Source of the DNA: a virus
Length of the DNA: 64,000 bases
Direction: 5' to 3' (one strand)
IMG/VR virus record: IMGVR_UViG_3300033273_000499
This document shows, in pieces, positions 9,674 through 17,681 of the stretch. Position 1 is the first letter of the stretch. The number at the start of each line of letters is the position of its first letter. The notes beneath the pieces were generated by a model, which was not told the origin of the DNA, searched no databases, and saw only the letters and a list, made by a program, of their open reading frames with translations. The translations under genes were made by a program, and so were the position numbers.

Positions 9674-9986
9674 TGTCGGTTACCGCCTTATCATCTATAT
9701 AGTAGTCACCTGATGGTTTTCCCATAACAAGTTTATGAAACTTACAACCCCAGGTATTCAACTGCTCTAATGTCAGTTCATAAAAAACCTCAGATGCCAT
9801 CTCAGCATCGTCATCAAATCTACCCATACCTCTTGCGGTCAGGTAAACGATTGTATTTCCATTGTCGTACAACTCATTGATTTTAGCAATCCTTTCTTCA
9901 TATGGAACTGCAGATGAGTAATCCCCAACATACTCTGGGTGATGGCAAATGGTTCCATCAACGTCTATTACATATTTTTTCGACAT
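9660..9986 (-). CDS. HAD-superfamily phosphatase (capless, capsule-biosynthesis phosphatase-like)
   Basis: VIDVDGTIC (motif I DxD), YLTARG (II), GKP (III), YIDDKA (IV); ATG at 9986 preferred over the track start at 10028. Confidence 0.75.
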   Translation of the reverse strand: MSKKYVIDVDGTICHHPEYVGDYSSAVPYEERIAKINELYDNGNTIVYLTARGMGRFDDDAEMASEVFYELTLEQLNTWGCKFHKLVMGKPSGDYYIDDKAVTDNDFF

Positions 9987-10728
9987 CTTTTTTCTGTAAA
10001 ACGTATGTTCCTTGGTTTTGTACTGCAACTGCTGCTGCCTTATTTGCTAGAGATAATGCTCTCGATATATCACCTTCTGTCTTTAGATATCCATATGTCA
10101 ATGCTGCAAGGAAAGTGTCACCCGCACCAACAACATCATAGACTTTTACTTTCTCTGCAGGATATAAAGTGTGGTTATACACACATCCTTGACTACCTTT
10201 TGTAACAATTAAATTTTTATAATCATAAGGTTGAAGTCTATCATATTCAATGTCGTTTATTTTGATAAAGCAATTTTCTTTATCGGGAAGAACTGTTTTC
10301 TTACTATCAATAAAAACAGGAACATTGGATGATTCAACTATTTCAAATAGTTTTTTATCTGTTAGATATCCTTTGTTATAGTCTGATATGACAACAGCAT
10401 CAAACCCATTTGTCATAACAGGTAATATTAATGGTGAAACTCTAGATTCATTATCAACTCTCAACATTTGTTGATTTGATTTTTCTTCAATGAATCTAGT
10501 TTTTGTTATCTGCTCATTATTGGTTAAAAATGTAACTTCTAAATCAAATGCTTGTAGATTTAGATATACATTTCCTGCCATCCCTGCTTTAGTTTCTATT
10601 TTAGAATAGTTTAAAACAGGAACAGGTGCCTCGGGATTTAACCGTTCGCACCTGCCATAGATGTACTCATCTTCACAACTATCACCTATCAGCAATACTT
10701 TGAATAATTTTTGTTGAGGAGTATCCAT
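9958..10728 (-). CDS. PfkB-family heptose-7-phosphate kinase (stand-alone HldE kinase domain, HldA-like)
   Basis: KVLLIGDSCED...RLNPEAPVPV, GMAGNV..N, ITKTRF, RVD, VISDYNKG, DVVGAGDTFLAAL; ATG at 10728 (track start at 10740 is TTG). Confidence 0.85.
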   Translation of the reverse strand: MDTPQQKLFKVLLIGDSCEDEYIYGRCERLNPEAPVPVLNYSKIETKAGMAGNVYLNLQAFDLEVTFLTNNEQITKTRFIEEKSNQQMLRVDNESRVSPLILPVMTNGFDAVVISDYNKGYLTDKKLFEIVESSNVPVFIDSKKTVLPDKENCFIKINDIEYDRLQPYDYKNLIVTKGSQGCVYNHTLYPAEKVKVYDVVGAGDTFLAALTYGYLKTEGDISRALSLANKAAAVAVQNQGTYVLQKKDVEKICNRR

Positions 10729-11080
10729 CGATTCTATCAAAAAATTTCAGTGTTTTTGCATATTGAGACCCAATGACGGGTTTTCCCTTCCAATCAGAAC
10801 CAACAACCATTACATCTGGGTTGATTTTTTTAATTAAATCTTCTAGTTGTTTATCAGTTCCAAATGACAATACTAGGTCAACCATATCTAAGTGTTGGAG
10901 CATGAAAATCCTTTCGGATTCCACATTGATTGGACGAGAATCCCCTTTCTTTTCCTTTATCCTTTCGTCTGTATCTACAGCAACTATTAACTTTGTTCCT
11001 TGAGATTTTGCATACTTGAGGAGCATAAGATGCCCTCTGTGGAGGACATCAAATGTTCCATTTACGAAAACAGTCTTCAT
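10682..11080 (-). CDS. Heptose-1-phosphate nucleotidyltransferase (stand-alone HldE C-domain, HldC-like; cytidylyltransferase family)
   Basis: VNGTFDVLHRGH (HxGH), KGDSRPIN...ER, VVGSDWKGK..IG, RIDGYSST. Confidence 0.85.
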   Translation of the reverse strand: MKTVFVNGTFDVLHRGHLMLLKYAKSQGTKLIVAVDTDERIKEKKGDSRPINVESERIFMLQHLDMVDLVLSFGTDKQLEDLIKKINPDVMVVGSDWKGKPVIGSQYAKTLKFFDRIDGYSSTKIIQSIADR

Positions 11081-12768
11081 TCGTTGGGGACGTAGACTAG
11101 TTTTTGAATCTCAGGGAAGTAGCAATATTCAATATCACTATTCTTCAGGGTCTTAACTGCATCTTCTACTGTCTCTACGAGAGGTTCACCACCAAGATTG
11201 AACGAAGTGTTGAACAGGATTGGGACTTCACTCAACTTCTCAAAAGCATCAATGAGATTGTAGTAATGCTCGTTCTGCTCTGGAGTTACAGTCTGAATAC
11301 GGCATGTACCGTCTACGTGAATGACTGAAGGAATCTTTTCTTCTACACCTTCATGGCACTTGACAGCATACATCATGTGGGGAGTTTCTTCACGGCCAGC
11401 AAGGTCGAACCAGTCATGAACTGCTTCTTTCTTGATAGAGCAAGCAAATGGTCTGAACCATTCACGACGTTTGACTGCATTAACATGGTCCTTACCATCT
11501 TCAATCGTTGGGTCAAACAGAATAGAACGGTTGCCCAGTGCACGGGGACCACCCTCAGAACGACCCTGATACATGGTGACGATGTTGCCCTCACGGATTA
11601 GTGCTGCGATATCATCATATGAAGTATCAGTTACCTGAAGACCTTCTAGGTCTGCTTCATAACCAGTTGGATCATACTGGGGACCATAGTAAACAGACTC
11701 TTGCTTACTTGGTTCAGTAGTTTCATTAATTTGATGCCAGATATACTTAGCACCACCGATTGATGTACCACCGTCATGTGAAATTGGCTCACAATAGATG
11801 TTGAGATCGGGGAAACGATTCCAATACTTATAGTTGGCAACACAGTTCAAACCATATCCACCACAAATAACGATATTGGTTTCACCAGTCTTTTCGTGAG
11901 CAATTTCAATCAGTTCACACATACGGTCAGAAGTCTGCTCCTGAATCTTGTATGCCATGTCCTTTTGAATGTCAGTGTACTGTCCCTGTACATGCTCCTG
12001 AACATCCTTCATTAGGATTGGATAACGACCAGCATTGATTTTTGCTGCATTTGGATATGTTGGGATAATCAATTCACGATTGCCCCAACCATTTCTGAAG
12101 AAGTCAGGAAGGTCATCATTGGGTTTACCATATGGAGCAAGACCCATCAATTTACCTGCTTCGATTGCAGGGAATCCACAGTATTCGGTAACTGCTTCAT
12201 ACATTTTTGTATGACCAGGATACTCTGTTAACCAGATACCATCATCTACTTGATTGCAACCAATAGCTGCTTTTGTTCCAATATGTTTGAATACTTTCTG
12301 GAAATTTTCACCAGCACCATAATCTGCTTTATAAATCGACTCAAATTCAAACATAACATCCTCAATACCTTCGTATTGGAGGAAACTTCCTGCACCATCA
12401 GCAATGACACAAGCAGCAGTGTCGAAACCAGAGTTATAGAAACCACATGCAGCGTGCATATCATGGTGAATCAGGTCAATAAAGTGAGTTTCAAACTCAA
12501 ACTTCTTCTTAGCAAGTTTTCTTACGAATCCCTGATACATGTCCTCACCAGTCCAATCTAATTGAGGACCATGACGGTGAGTGTGGCAAACGACCAAGTG
12601 GTCAATATGGTCAACGTAATCAAATACTTTTTGAAGTCCTAGAAGGGGAGAACCATCATACTTAAATCTAGAAAGTCTTTCTTCTTCAAGATAAAAGATG
12701 ATTTCACCATCTTTCATAAGGGTTGTACTCCCGTTATGACCACGGGCAACCGATGCGATAATTGTCAT
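11077..12768 (-). CDS. O-carbamoyltransferase (NodU/CmcH family)
   Basis: EEERLSRFK, HHDMHA, GKLMGLAPYG, GGYGLNCVAN, SHDGGTSIG, GPRALGNRSIL, KRREWFRPFA, HVDGTCRIQT, NTSFNLGGEP. Confidence 0.92.
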   Translation of the reverse strand: MTIIASVARGHNGSTTLMKDGEIIFYLEEERLSRFKYDGSPLLGLQKVFDYVDHIDHLVVCHTHRHGPQLDWTGEDMYQGFVRKLAKKKFEFETHFIDLIHHDMHAACGFYNSGFDTAACVIADGAGSFLQYEGIEDVMFEFESIYKADYGAGENFQKVFKHIGTKAAIGCNQVDDGIWLTEYPGHTKMYEAVTEYCGFPAIEAGKLMGLAPYGKPNDDLPDFFRNGWGNRELIIPTYPNAAKINAGRYPILMKDVQEHVQGQYTDIQKDMAYKIQEQTSDRMCELIEIAHEKTGETNIVICGGYGLNCVANYKYWNRFPDLNIYCEPISHDGGTSIGGAKYIWHQINETTEPSKQESVYYGPQYDPTGYEADLEGLQVTDTSYDDIAALIREGNIVTMYQGRSEGGPRALGNRSILFDPTIEDGKDHVNAVKRREWFRPFACSIKKEAVHDWFDLAGREETPHMMYAVKCHEGVEEKIPSVIHVDGTCRIQTVTPEQNEHYYNLIDAFEKLSEVPILFNTSFNLGGEPLVETVEDAVKTLKNSDIEYCYFPEIQKLVYVPNE

Positions 12769-12777
12769 TGTCTAACC

Positions 12778-13953
12778 TCAATTTTTAACAGTTTCAACAA
12801 ATCCCTTCTTGGAATTTGATTTTGATTGAATTCCACTCTCCTTAAGTAGAGATTCTACCGCACTTGCAGACTTTTTGGAAGTGCCTGGAAGAGTTGCTGG
12901 TGATGCCTCACTTGGTGAAAACCCTGGCATTGGTCCTTGTGCTTCCTGTGGTGGGCAACAAGCACCTGTTGGTGCTCCATCTTGTCCAGGAAGAATAATA
13001 ACATCTTTATTCTTCACATAATATCTATTCATCAATTTATCTGTTGATTTAATGATGACATCTTCAATTGCACCATTCATTGCCATGATTCCATCATTTT
13101 GTCTTTGTGTGACTTCATCCATAGAAATGCGAATTGGATCATAGATACGTTGACCCTCACCCATATCCAAAACATCAAATTTTTCACATCCAGGATAGCT
13201 AATATTTTCCTTACATGTAGCTCCAACAACCACTACTGCTGGTGTATCAAATGAATAAGCCATATGTTGACCAACTGAGTCACATCCGAGAAATAAATCT
13301 GCTTCGGACACAATACCTGCCCACTGCCGTAAATCAATTCCTCTTGGATGTGCCACAGGGTCCTTACACCCTTCTTTGGAAAAATCAAATTCCATTTCAC
13401 CAAAATAAATTACTGCATATTTTTTCTGCAGTTTTTTGATAATACTGACTACGTTGATGAATTCAAAACTTCTTCCACTTGAATCTGTGACAAAATTCCC
13501 AACCATTTGAGAACCTCGTCCAAATGGTTGAAAGACAACAACCTTATCCTTCTTTGTCTTCTGTCTTACTTCTTCAACAATAAACTTTGCATTGATTGCT
13601 TCTTGACGAGAAAGTCTAATTGTTGGTTTTTGAAGTTCTCTTACACCTTCTCCATTAATCTGAATATCGTATGCCTGGGAAAGATTACACTTTTGATTAT
13701 AGTATTCCCAAATTCTATATGGTTCTGTTGATACTATCTCTCTATCTTTCAACTTGTCTCTAAACAAGTTTTTATGCCAACTGTCGTATGTTCTTTTAAA
13801 AAGTGTTGGGTGACCTTTAAAAAAGTCAGTGCCACCTTCCGCAACGATGATAAAATCATCATCTGGATTCTGCTCTTCATACTTCTCTAAAGCAGGAATA
13901 GCACAAATCACACGGCCAGCACCACCATTAATAAAAAATGCTTTCGATCTCAT
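12778..13953 (-). CDS. GT-B glycosyltransferase, GT9 / heptosyltransferase-like
   Basis: INGGAGRVICAIPAL N-terminal motif, VVFQPFGRG, DLRQWAGIVSEADLFLGCDSVGQHMA...PAVVV (GT9-type DS..H.A motif); heads the heptose operon. Confidence 0.7.
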   Translation of the reverse strand: MRSKAFFINGGAGRVICAIPALEKYEEQNPDDDFIIVAEGGTDFFKGHPTLFKRTYDSWHKNLFRDKLKDREIVSTEPYRIWEYYNQKCNLSQAYDIQINGEGVRELQKPTIRLSRQEAINAKFIVEEVRQKTKKDKVVVFQPFGRGSQMVGNFVTDSSGRSFEFINVVSIIKKLQKKYAVIYFGEMEFDFSKEGCKDPVAHPRGIDLRQWAGIVSEADLFLGCDSVGQHMAYSFDTPAVVVVGATCKENISYPGCEKFDVLDMGEGQRIYDPIRISMDEVTQRQNDGIMAMNGAIEDVIIKSTDKLMNRYYVKNKDVIILPGQDGAPTGACCPPQEAQGPMPGFSPSEASPATLPGTSKKSASAVESLLKESGIQSKSNSKKGFVETVKN

Positions 13954-13996
13954 TGTATCGCCTCAAGGAACTGATAATGTTTTAATTATACAAATG

Positions 13997-14003
13997 TATT
14001 TAG
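13997..14003 (-). promoter_or_regulatory. Late promoter variant CTAAATA upstream of the glycosyltransferase operon
   Basis: Plus-strand tatttag, 44 nt upstream of the ATG at 13953. Confidence 0.45.
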
Positions 14004-14035
14004 ACGTAGATTGGGAAGTCAATTTCCACTAATCT

Positions 14036-14065
14036 AGTATAGCAAATTAACTATACCATAGTCAA
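14036..14065 (-). promoter_or_regulatory. Sigma70-type promoter TTGACT-N18-TATACT with extended -10 (TGc)
   Basis: Minus strand reads TTGACT atggtatagttaatttgc TATACT, pointing into the glycosyltransferase operon. Confidence 0.6.
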
Positions 14066-14742
14066 ATTGAATCCCACCCTTCCTGTAAATATGGTGTATG
14101 TGGGAAAGGAATCATCCAAGGAGTTTCAATGTAGTCAGCATACTTTTCCAAAACCATATCGAACTCTTTAATAAATTCATCCCAGACTTTTAGTTGACCA
14201 GGTGTAAATTCTGAAGTGTCATAATTTTTATAGAACTTTAGAGAATTATGATATCCCACTAAAAATTGCTCTTTTTCAACATATGGCAATTTCCATGGAT
14301 ATGGTTTGACAAATTCTCCATCATGATATTCAACAGCATCAACTTCAATAACATGATCGGGATACTGAACTGTCGGTCTGGAATAAAATGGCTCAGTTTC
14401 TCCAGGTAGTGTATATGTAGTTTGCGGCATTTCATCTGCCAATGGACCACCACCAACGATAGCCGCAAGAAGAACGGGGTCTTTTTCGATTGTAATTTGC
14501 ACTAACTCATGCCCACGTCCACACCATCTTTCTGCTGATATTTGATTTGCTTCTTCATCCAAGTCATCATTCCATAGATGATATCCCTCCCAATGTGCAA
14601 TTCTCCTGGAATCTTTCCCTACCTTTACCCATATTTTGGACGGACCTTCATACAACCATTCTCCCGTCAATTTTTTTTCATTAGTTTGTGCCAGATAATC
14701 ATCTGGTAAATCCATTAGTATTGTTTTCTTTATCTGTGGCAT
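14062..14742 (-). CDS. Putative tail-fibre assembly chaperone, paralog 2
   Basis: Clear paralog of 14826..15671 (LPDDYLA, EW.Y.GP, LPGE.EPFY.RPTVQ, PW..PFP..P); C-terminus resembles the Tfa-type W..Y...L...P...WP motif. Confidence 0.5.
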   Translation of the reverse strand: MPQIKKTILMDLPDDYLAQTNEKKLTGEWLYEGPSKIWVKVGKDSRRIAHWEGYHLWNDDLDEEANQISAERWCGRGHELVQITIEKDPVLLAAIVGGGPLADEMPQTTYTLPGETEPFYSRPTVQYPDHVIEVDAVEYHDGEFVKPYPWKLPYVEKEQFLVGYHNSLKFYKNYDTSEFTPGQLKVWDEFIKEFDMVLEKYADYIETPWMIPFPHTPYLQEGWDSI

Positions 14743-14776
14743 TGTGCTTAGTTCACATCAATAGTATTATATATGC

Positions 14777-14806
14777 AATAAAAAAGGGAGGGTTTCCCCT
14801 CCCTTT
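14777..14806 (-). terminator. Rho-independent terminator
   Basis: Minus strand aaagggaggg-GAAA-ccctcccttt followed by ttttatt; 10-bp stem with GNRA loop, downstream of 14826..15671. Confidence 0.85.
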
Positions 14807-14825
14807 CAATTATTTGATACTAAAA

Positions 14826-15671
14826 TCACTCTTCTTTTTCGATCTGTTCTGGTTCGATATCTGCTTTGTTTACTGCTACACCATTTACTTGCCACACTTC
14901 CATAGTTGTTCCTGCACCAACAATTTCGACAGGATGTTGAACTACAGGTGCTGCATCTGGTACTGTTGAAACCCCAACAGCAGTTCCTTCAGAAGACCAA
15001 TCTTCTTTAAACATTGGACTCTCTGGGAATGGAACTACCCAAGGAGTATCTAGATAATCAGCAAACTTGGTTGGGACGTTTTCAAACTCAGTAATGTAAG
15101 CATTCCACTTTGCTAATTGTGCAGAGGTCATGTCTTCAGTTGGAACTGCTTTTTCCGAGGAGAGGATTGCAGCATGTCCACTTAAAAATTGTTCTCTATT
15201 AATGTGAGGTTTTCTCCATGGGAAAGGAGTTATCCATGCATTTGCCTCTAGGTCATATCTAATATCACCTATTTCATATACCTTATCAGGACACTGTACA
15301 GTAGGTCTTGTATAAAATGGTTCTGATTCACCTGGAAGTGTAAGTGTAGTTTGAGATTCTCCACTTACATCAGGTTCATATTCATAAAATGCAGAAATTA
15401 AAATTGGATCATCTTCTGCAGTAATTAAAATTGCTCTTCTACCTACTCCAGCCCAAGTATTTGCACCTTCCTGATTAACTTCTAGGGATTCTTCATCGTT
15501 GTAATGACAATATCCCAATCCTTCTAGAAGTGCACCAGAAGTAGCATTGATAACTACAAATAATTTATCAGGACCAGTATAAGTCCATTCTCCAGATAAT
15601 CCATTTTCTGAAGTTTCTGCCAGATAGTCATCTGGAAGATTCATTGTAAAGGTTTTAGTGATGTTTGCCAT
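14826..15671 (-). CDS. Putative tail-fibre assembly chaperone, paralog 1
   Basis: 281 aa; LAKWNAYITEFENVPTKF...PWVVPFPESP; directly downstream of the three Cys-rich genes. Confidence 0.5.
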   Translation of the reverse strand: MANITKTFTMNLPDDYLAETSENGLSGEWTYTGPDKLFVVINATSGALLEGLGYCHYNDEESLEVNQEGANTWAGVGRRAILITAEDDPILISAFYEYEPDVSGESQTTLTLPGESEPFYTRPTVQCPDKVYEIGDIRYDLEANAWITPFPWRKPHINREQFLSGHAAILSSEKAVPTEDMTSAQLAKWNAYITEFENVPTKFADYLDTPWVVPFPESPMFKEDWSSEGTAVGVSTVPDAAPVVQHPVEIVGAGTTMEVWQVNGVAVNKADIEPEQIEKEE

Positions 15672-15705
15672 AGTTTAAGTGCTCCTTATCTATATTTACT
15701 AATTA

Positions 15706-16665
15706 TCAAACGTATCTGACGGTAACACGTACTGCACCTGCCCATCCTTGTATTCCACAGCAGCAACCACCACCACATACAGTAGCAGATGGACCACCGA
15801 GACCAGGGACATAGTTACCTTCCCAACGTCCACCAAATCCAATATTACCCGCAGCAAAGCACTGCTGGAAGTATCCACAAGTTGAGTTTTCGCACTGATG
15901 AACCATGATGTGTCCACCTTGCTGGTTAACAAGACCACCAGGAAATGGAACGTTGATTGTATTCCAGCAACGTCTATCGTGACAATTTAGTGAGTATGAA
16001 CCAGGAACACCGTATGCTCCACCATCTGCACCGAAGTATTGTGCACAGCAACCTACACAATCTGTTCCATAACCAACAATACCGTTGTTACCACCAAAAC
16101 CTTCAGTAGAACCAATCGCAGTCTTCCAAGTGCAAAGACCGTTTCCAGTGAAGTAACGAATACAGAATGAGCATCCTTTATATCCCCCATCTGCACAGAA
16201 GTTAGTAAGACCTTCTCCTGTTACATATGATTTTTCACCATCTCTACCACACAGACAACTCTGTCTGCAGGTCATTTGTCCAATATAGAAGTTATAAGGT
16301 GTTCCTGAAGCAATACCAGTAACAGTCTTATAGGCATATGCACCCGAACCACCAGGAATACCATAAGCACAACAGCAAGCACCTGCTCCAGAACCACCTG
16401 CACCCCAGATCTCAAAGGTAATTGAGGTCGTTCCAGTGCCAGGATAAGAAGGAACTTTCCAGCAGCAATATCTGTAGTTATTATAGGCCATCGTCTGGTC
16501 ACCAGCAGGTGCTGCACACATGGTCTCATCATGATCATTACAGTTAGCACAGGAGTGAGCTCTAAAGTAAGTTACTTGACCCTCCCTGAGTCTTCCGATA
16601 CCACCAGAGTGAATACCAGTAAAGTTTGGTTCAGCCGAACCTAATAATTCTCTAAGATTTGCCAT
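15706..16665 (-). CDS. Cys/Gly-rich adhesin-like virion protein, paralog 3
   Basis: MANLRELL start; FEIWGAGGSGAGACCC, GGSGAYAYK, GLTNFCADGG, FGADGGAYG, PFPGGL, GAVRVT; 27 Cys in 319 aa (hand count). Confidence 0.6.
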   Translation of the reverse strand: MANLRELLGSAEPNFTGIHSGGIGRLREGQVTYFRAHSCANCNDHDETMCAAPAGDQTMAYNNYRYCCWKVPSYPGTGTTSITFEIWGAGGSGAGACCCAYGIPGGSGAYAYKTVTGIASGTPYNFYIGQMTCRQSCLCGRDGEKSYVTGEGLTNFCADGGYKGCSFCIRYFTGNGLCTWKTAIGSTEGFGGNNGIVGYGTDCVGCCAQYFGADGGAYGVPGSYSLNCHDRRCWNTINVPFPGGLVNQQGGHIMVHQCENSTCGYFQQCFAAGNIGFGGRWEGNYVPGLGGPSATVCGGGCCCGIQGWAGAVRVTVRYV

Positions 16666-16694
16666 CTCTAATAAGTTCCTCGGTTGTTATAAAA

Positions 16695-16701
16695 TATTTA
16701 T
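16695..16701 (-). promoter_or_regulatory. Late promoter core ATAAATA overlapping the upstream stop codon
   Basis: Plus-strand tatttat, 30 nt upstream of the ATG at 16665. Confidence 0.55.
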
Positions 16702-17663
16702 CTGTAGGTAATTCTAATTAGACCAGAGGTTCCTGGTCCTGCATTATAGCAGTTACCACCACATGAGGTCATAGATGGGTGCCCAGCACCTCTCATTCCC
16801 ATGGAACATGCTTGGTTACCTGGCCATTCACCATGAGCACACATAACTCTTTCATGACATCCTCTATTTTGGTATTTGTCGATGAAGTATCTGGTGCATC
16901 TGTCTCTGAAACCACCTGCTTGTGGGATTCCCATTCTAACAAAACAGTTGTTTCCACAAATACAGTCTACACGGAACCATCCTGGTCTGCCTGGAACACC
17001 GAAGTCAGCACCATAATAACATGCACAATCCGTTGCTCTACATAACTGATCAGTACAGCAGCAAGGTTCTAGTGTGTAGCAACCTCCACTGTTGTAATGA
17101 CTACAACCATCTCCACCAGGACCCCAAGTACCAGTTAGATTAGTACCATGCTGGTCATGGAAGATGTAACAGCAAGTTCTACCTGGCATACCACCTTCTG
17201 CACAGAAGTTAGTAAGACCACAACCTGTAATATAAGTCTTGCAACCAGTTCTACCACTACAGCAGCAAGAACAGCTCGTTGGCATTCCAACGCACCATAA
17301 GTAACAAAGACCACCTAGTGTCTCCAGACCCATGTCTGATGCACAAAGTGTCTTCATTGCGTATGCACCAGCACCAGATGGACTACCTTGCTGACAGCAG
17401 CAAGCACCAGCACTTCCACCACCACCACCCCAAATGTGGAATTGAACGGTGGTTACACCTGGGTACACACAAAATCCACCACACCATTGACGATATGCAG
17501 TACTCTGTGGTTCTCTCCAGCAATGACCTGCATAGAAGATATCGTAACCTTCAGTTAGGACATTACCCCAACCATTACCCCATTGGGTTGAATTTGTACC
17601 ACAGACTCGTTCCTTGAGTGCCTCTTGGTTCTCTGTCTGTAGTAATTGTCTAAGATTTGCCAT
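16698..17663 (-). CDS. Cys/Gly-rich adhesin-like virion protein, paralog 2
   Basis: MANLRQLL start; FHIWGGGGGSAGACCC, GLTNFCAEGG, YGADFG, GLIRITYR; 36 Cys in 321 aa (hand count). Confidence 0.6.
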   Translation of the reverse strand: MANLRQLLQTENQEALKERVCGTNSTQWGNGWGNVLTEGYDIFYAGHCWREPQSTAYRQWCGGFCVYPGVTTVQFHIWGGGGGSAGACCCQQGSPSGAGAYAMKTLCASDMGLETLGGLCYLWCVGMPTSCSCCCSGRTGCKTYITGCGLTNFCAEGGMPGRTCCYIFHDQHGTNLTGTWGPGGDGCSHYNSGGCYTLEPCCCTDQLCRATDCACYYGADFGVPGRPGWFRVDCICGNNCFVRMGIPQAGGFRDRCTRYFIDKYQNRGCHERVMCAHGEWPGNQACSMGMRGAGHPSMTSCGGNCYNAGPGTSGLIRITYR

Positions 17664-17681
17664 GTTTAGATTTCCTCCTTA

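Noticed and set aside
10682-10750. Programmed frameshift fusing nucleotidyltransferase and kinase into an HldE-like protein
   Set aside because: It would need a +1 shift, no in-frame slippery heptamer is present, and the kinase has its own ATG.
14030-14060. gtatag...ctatac hairpin as a terminator
   Set aside because: Short AT-rich stem with no U-tract; better explained as the sigma70 promoter spacer.
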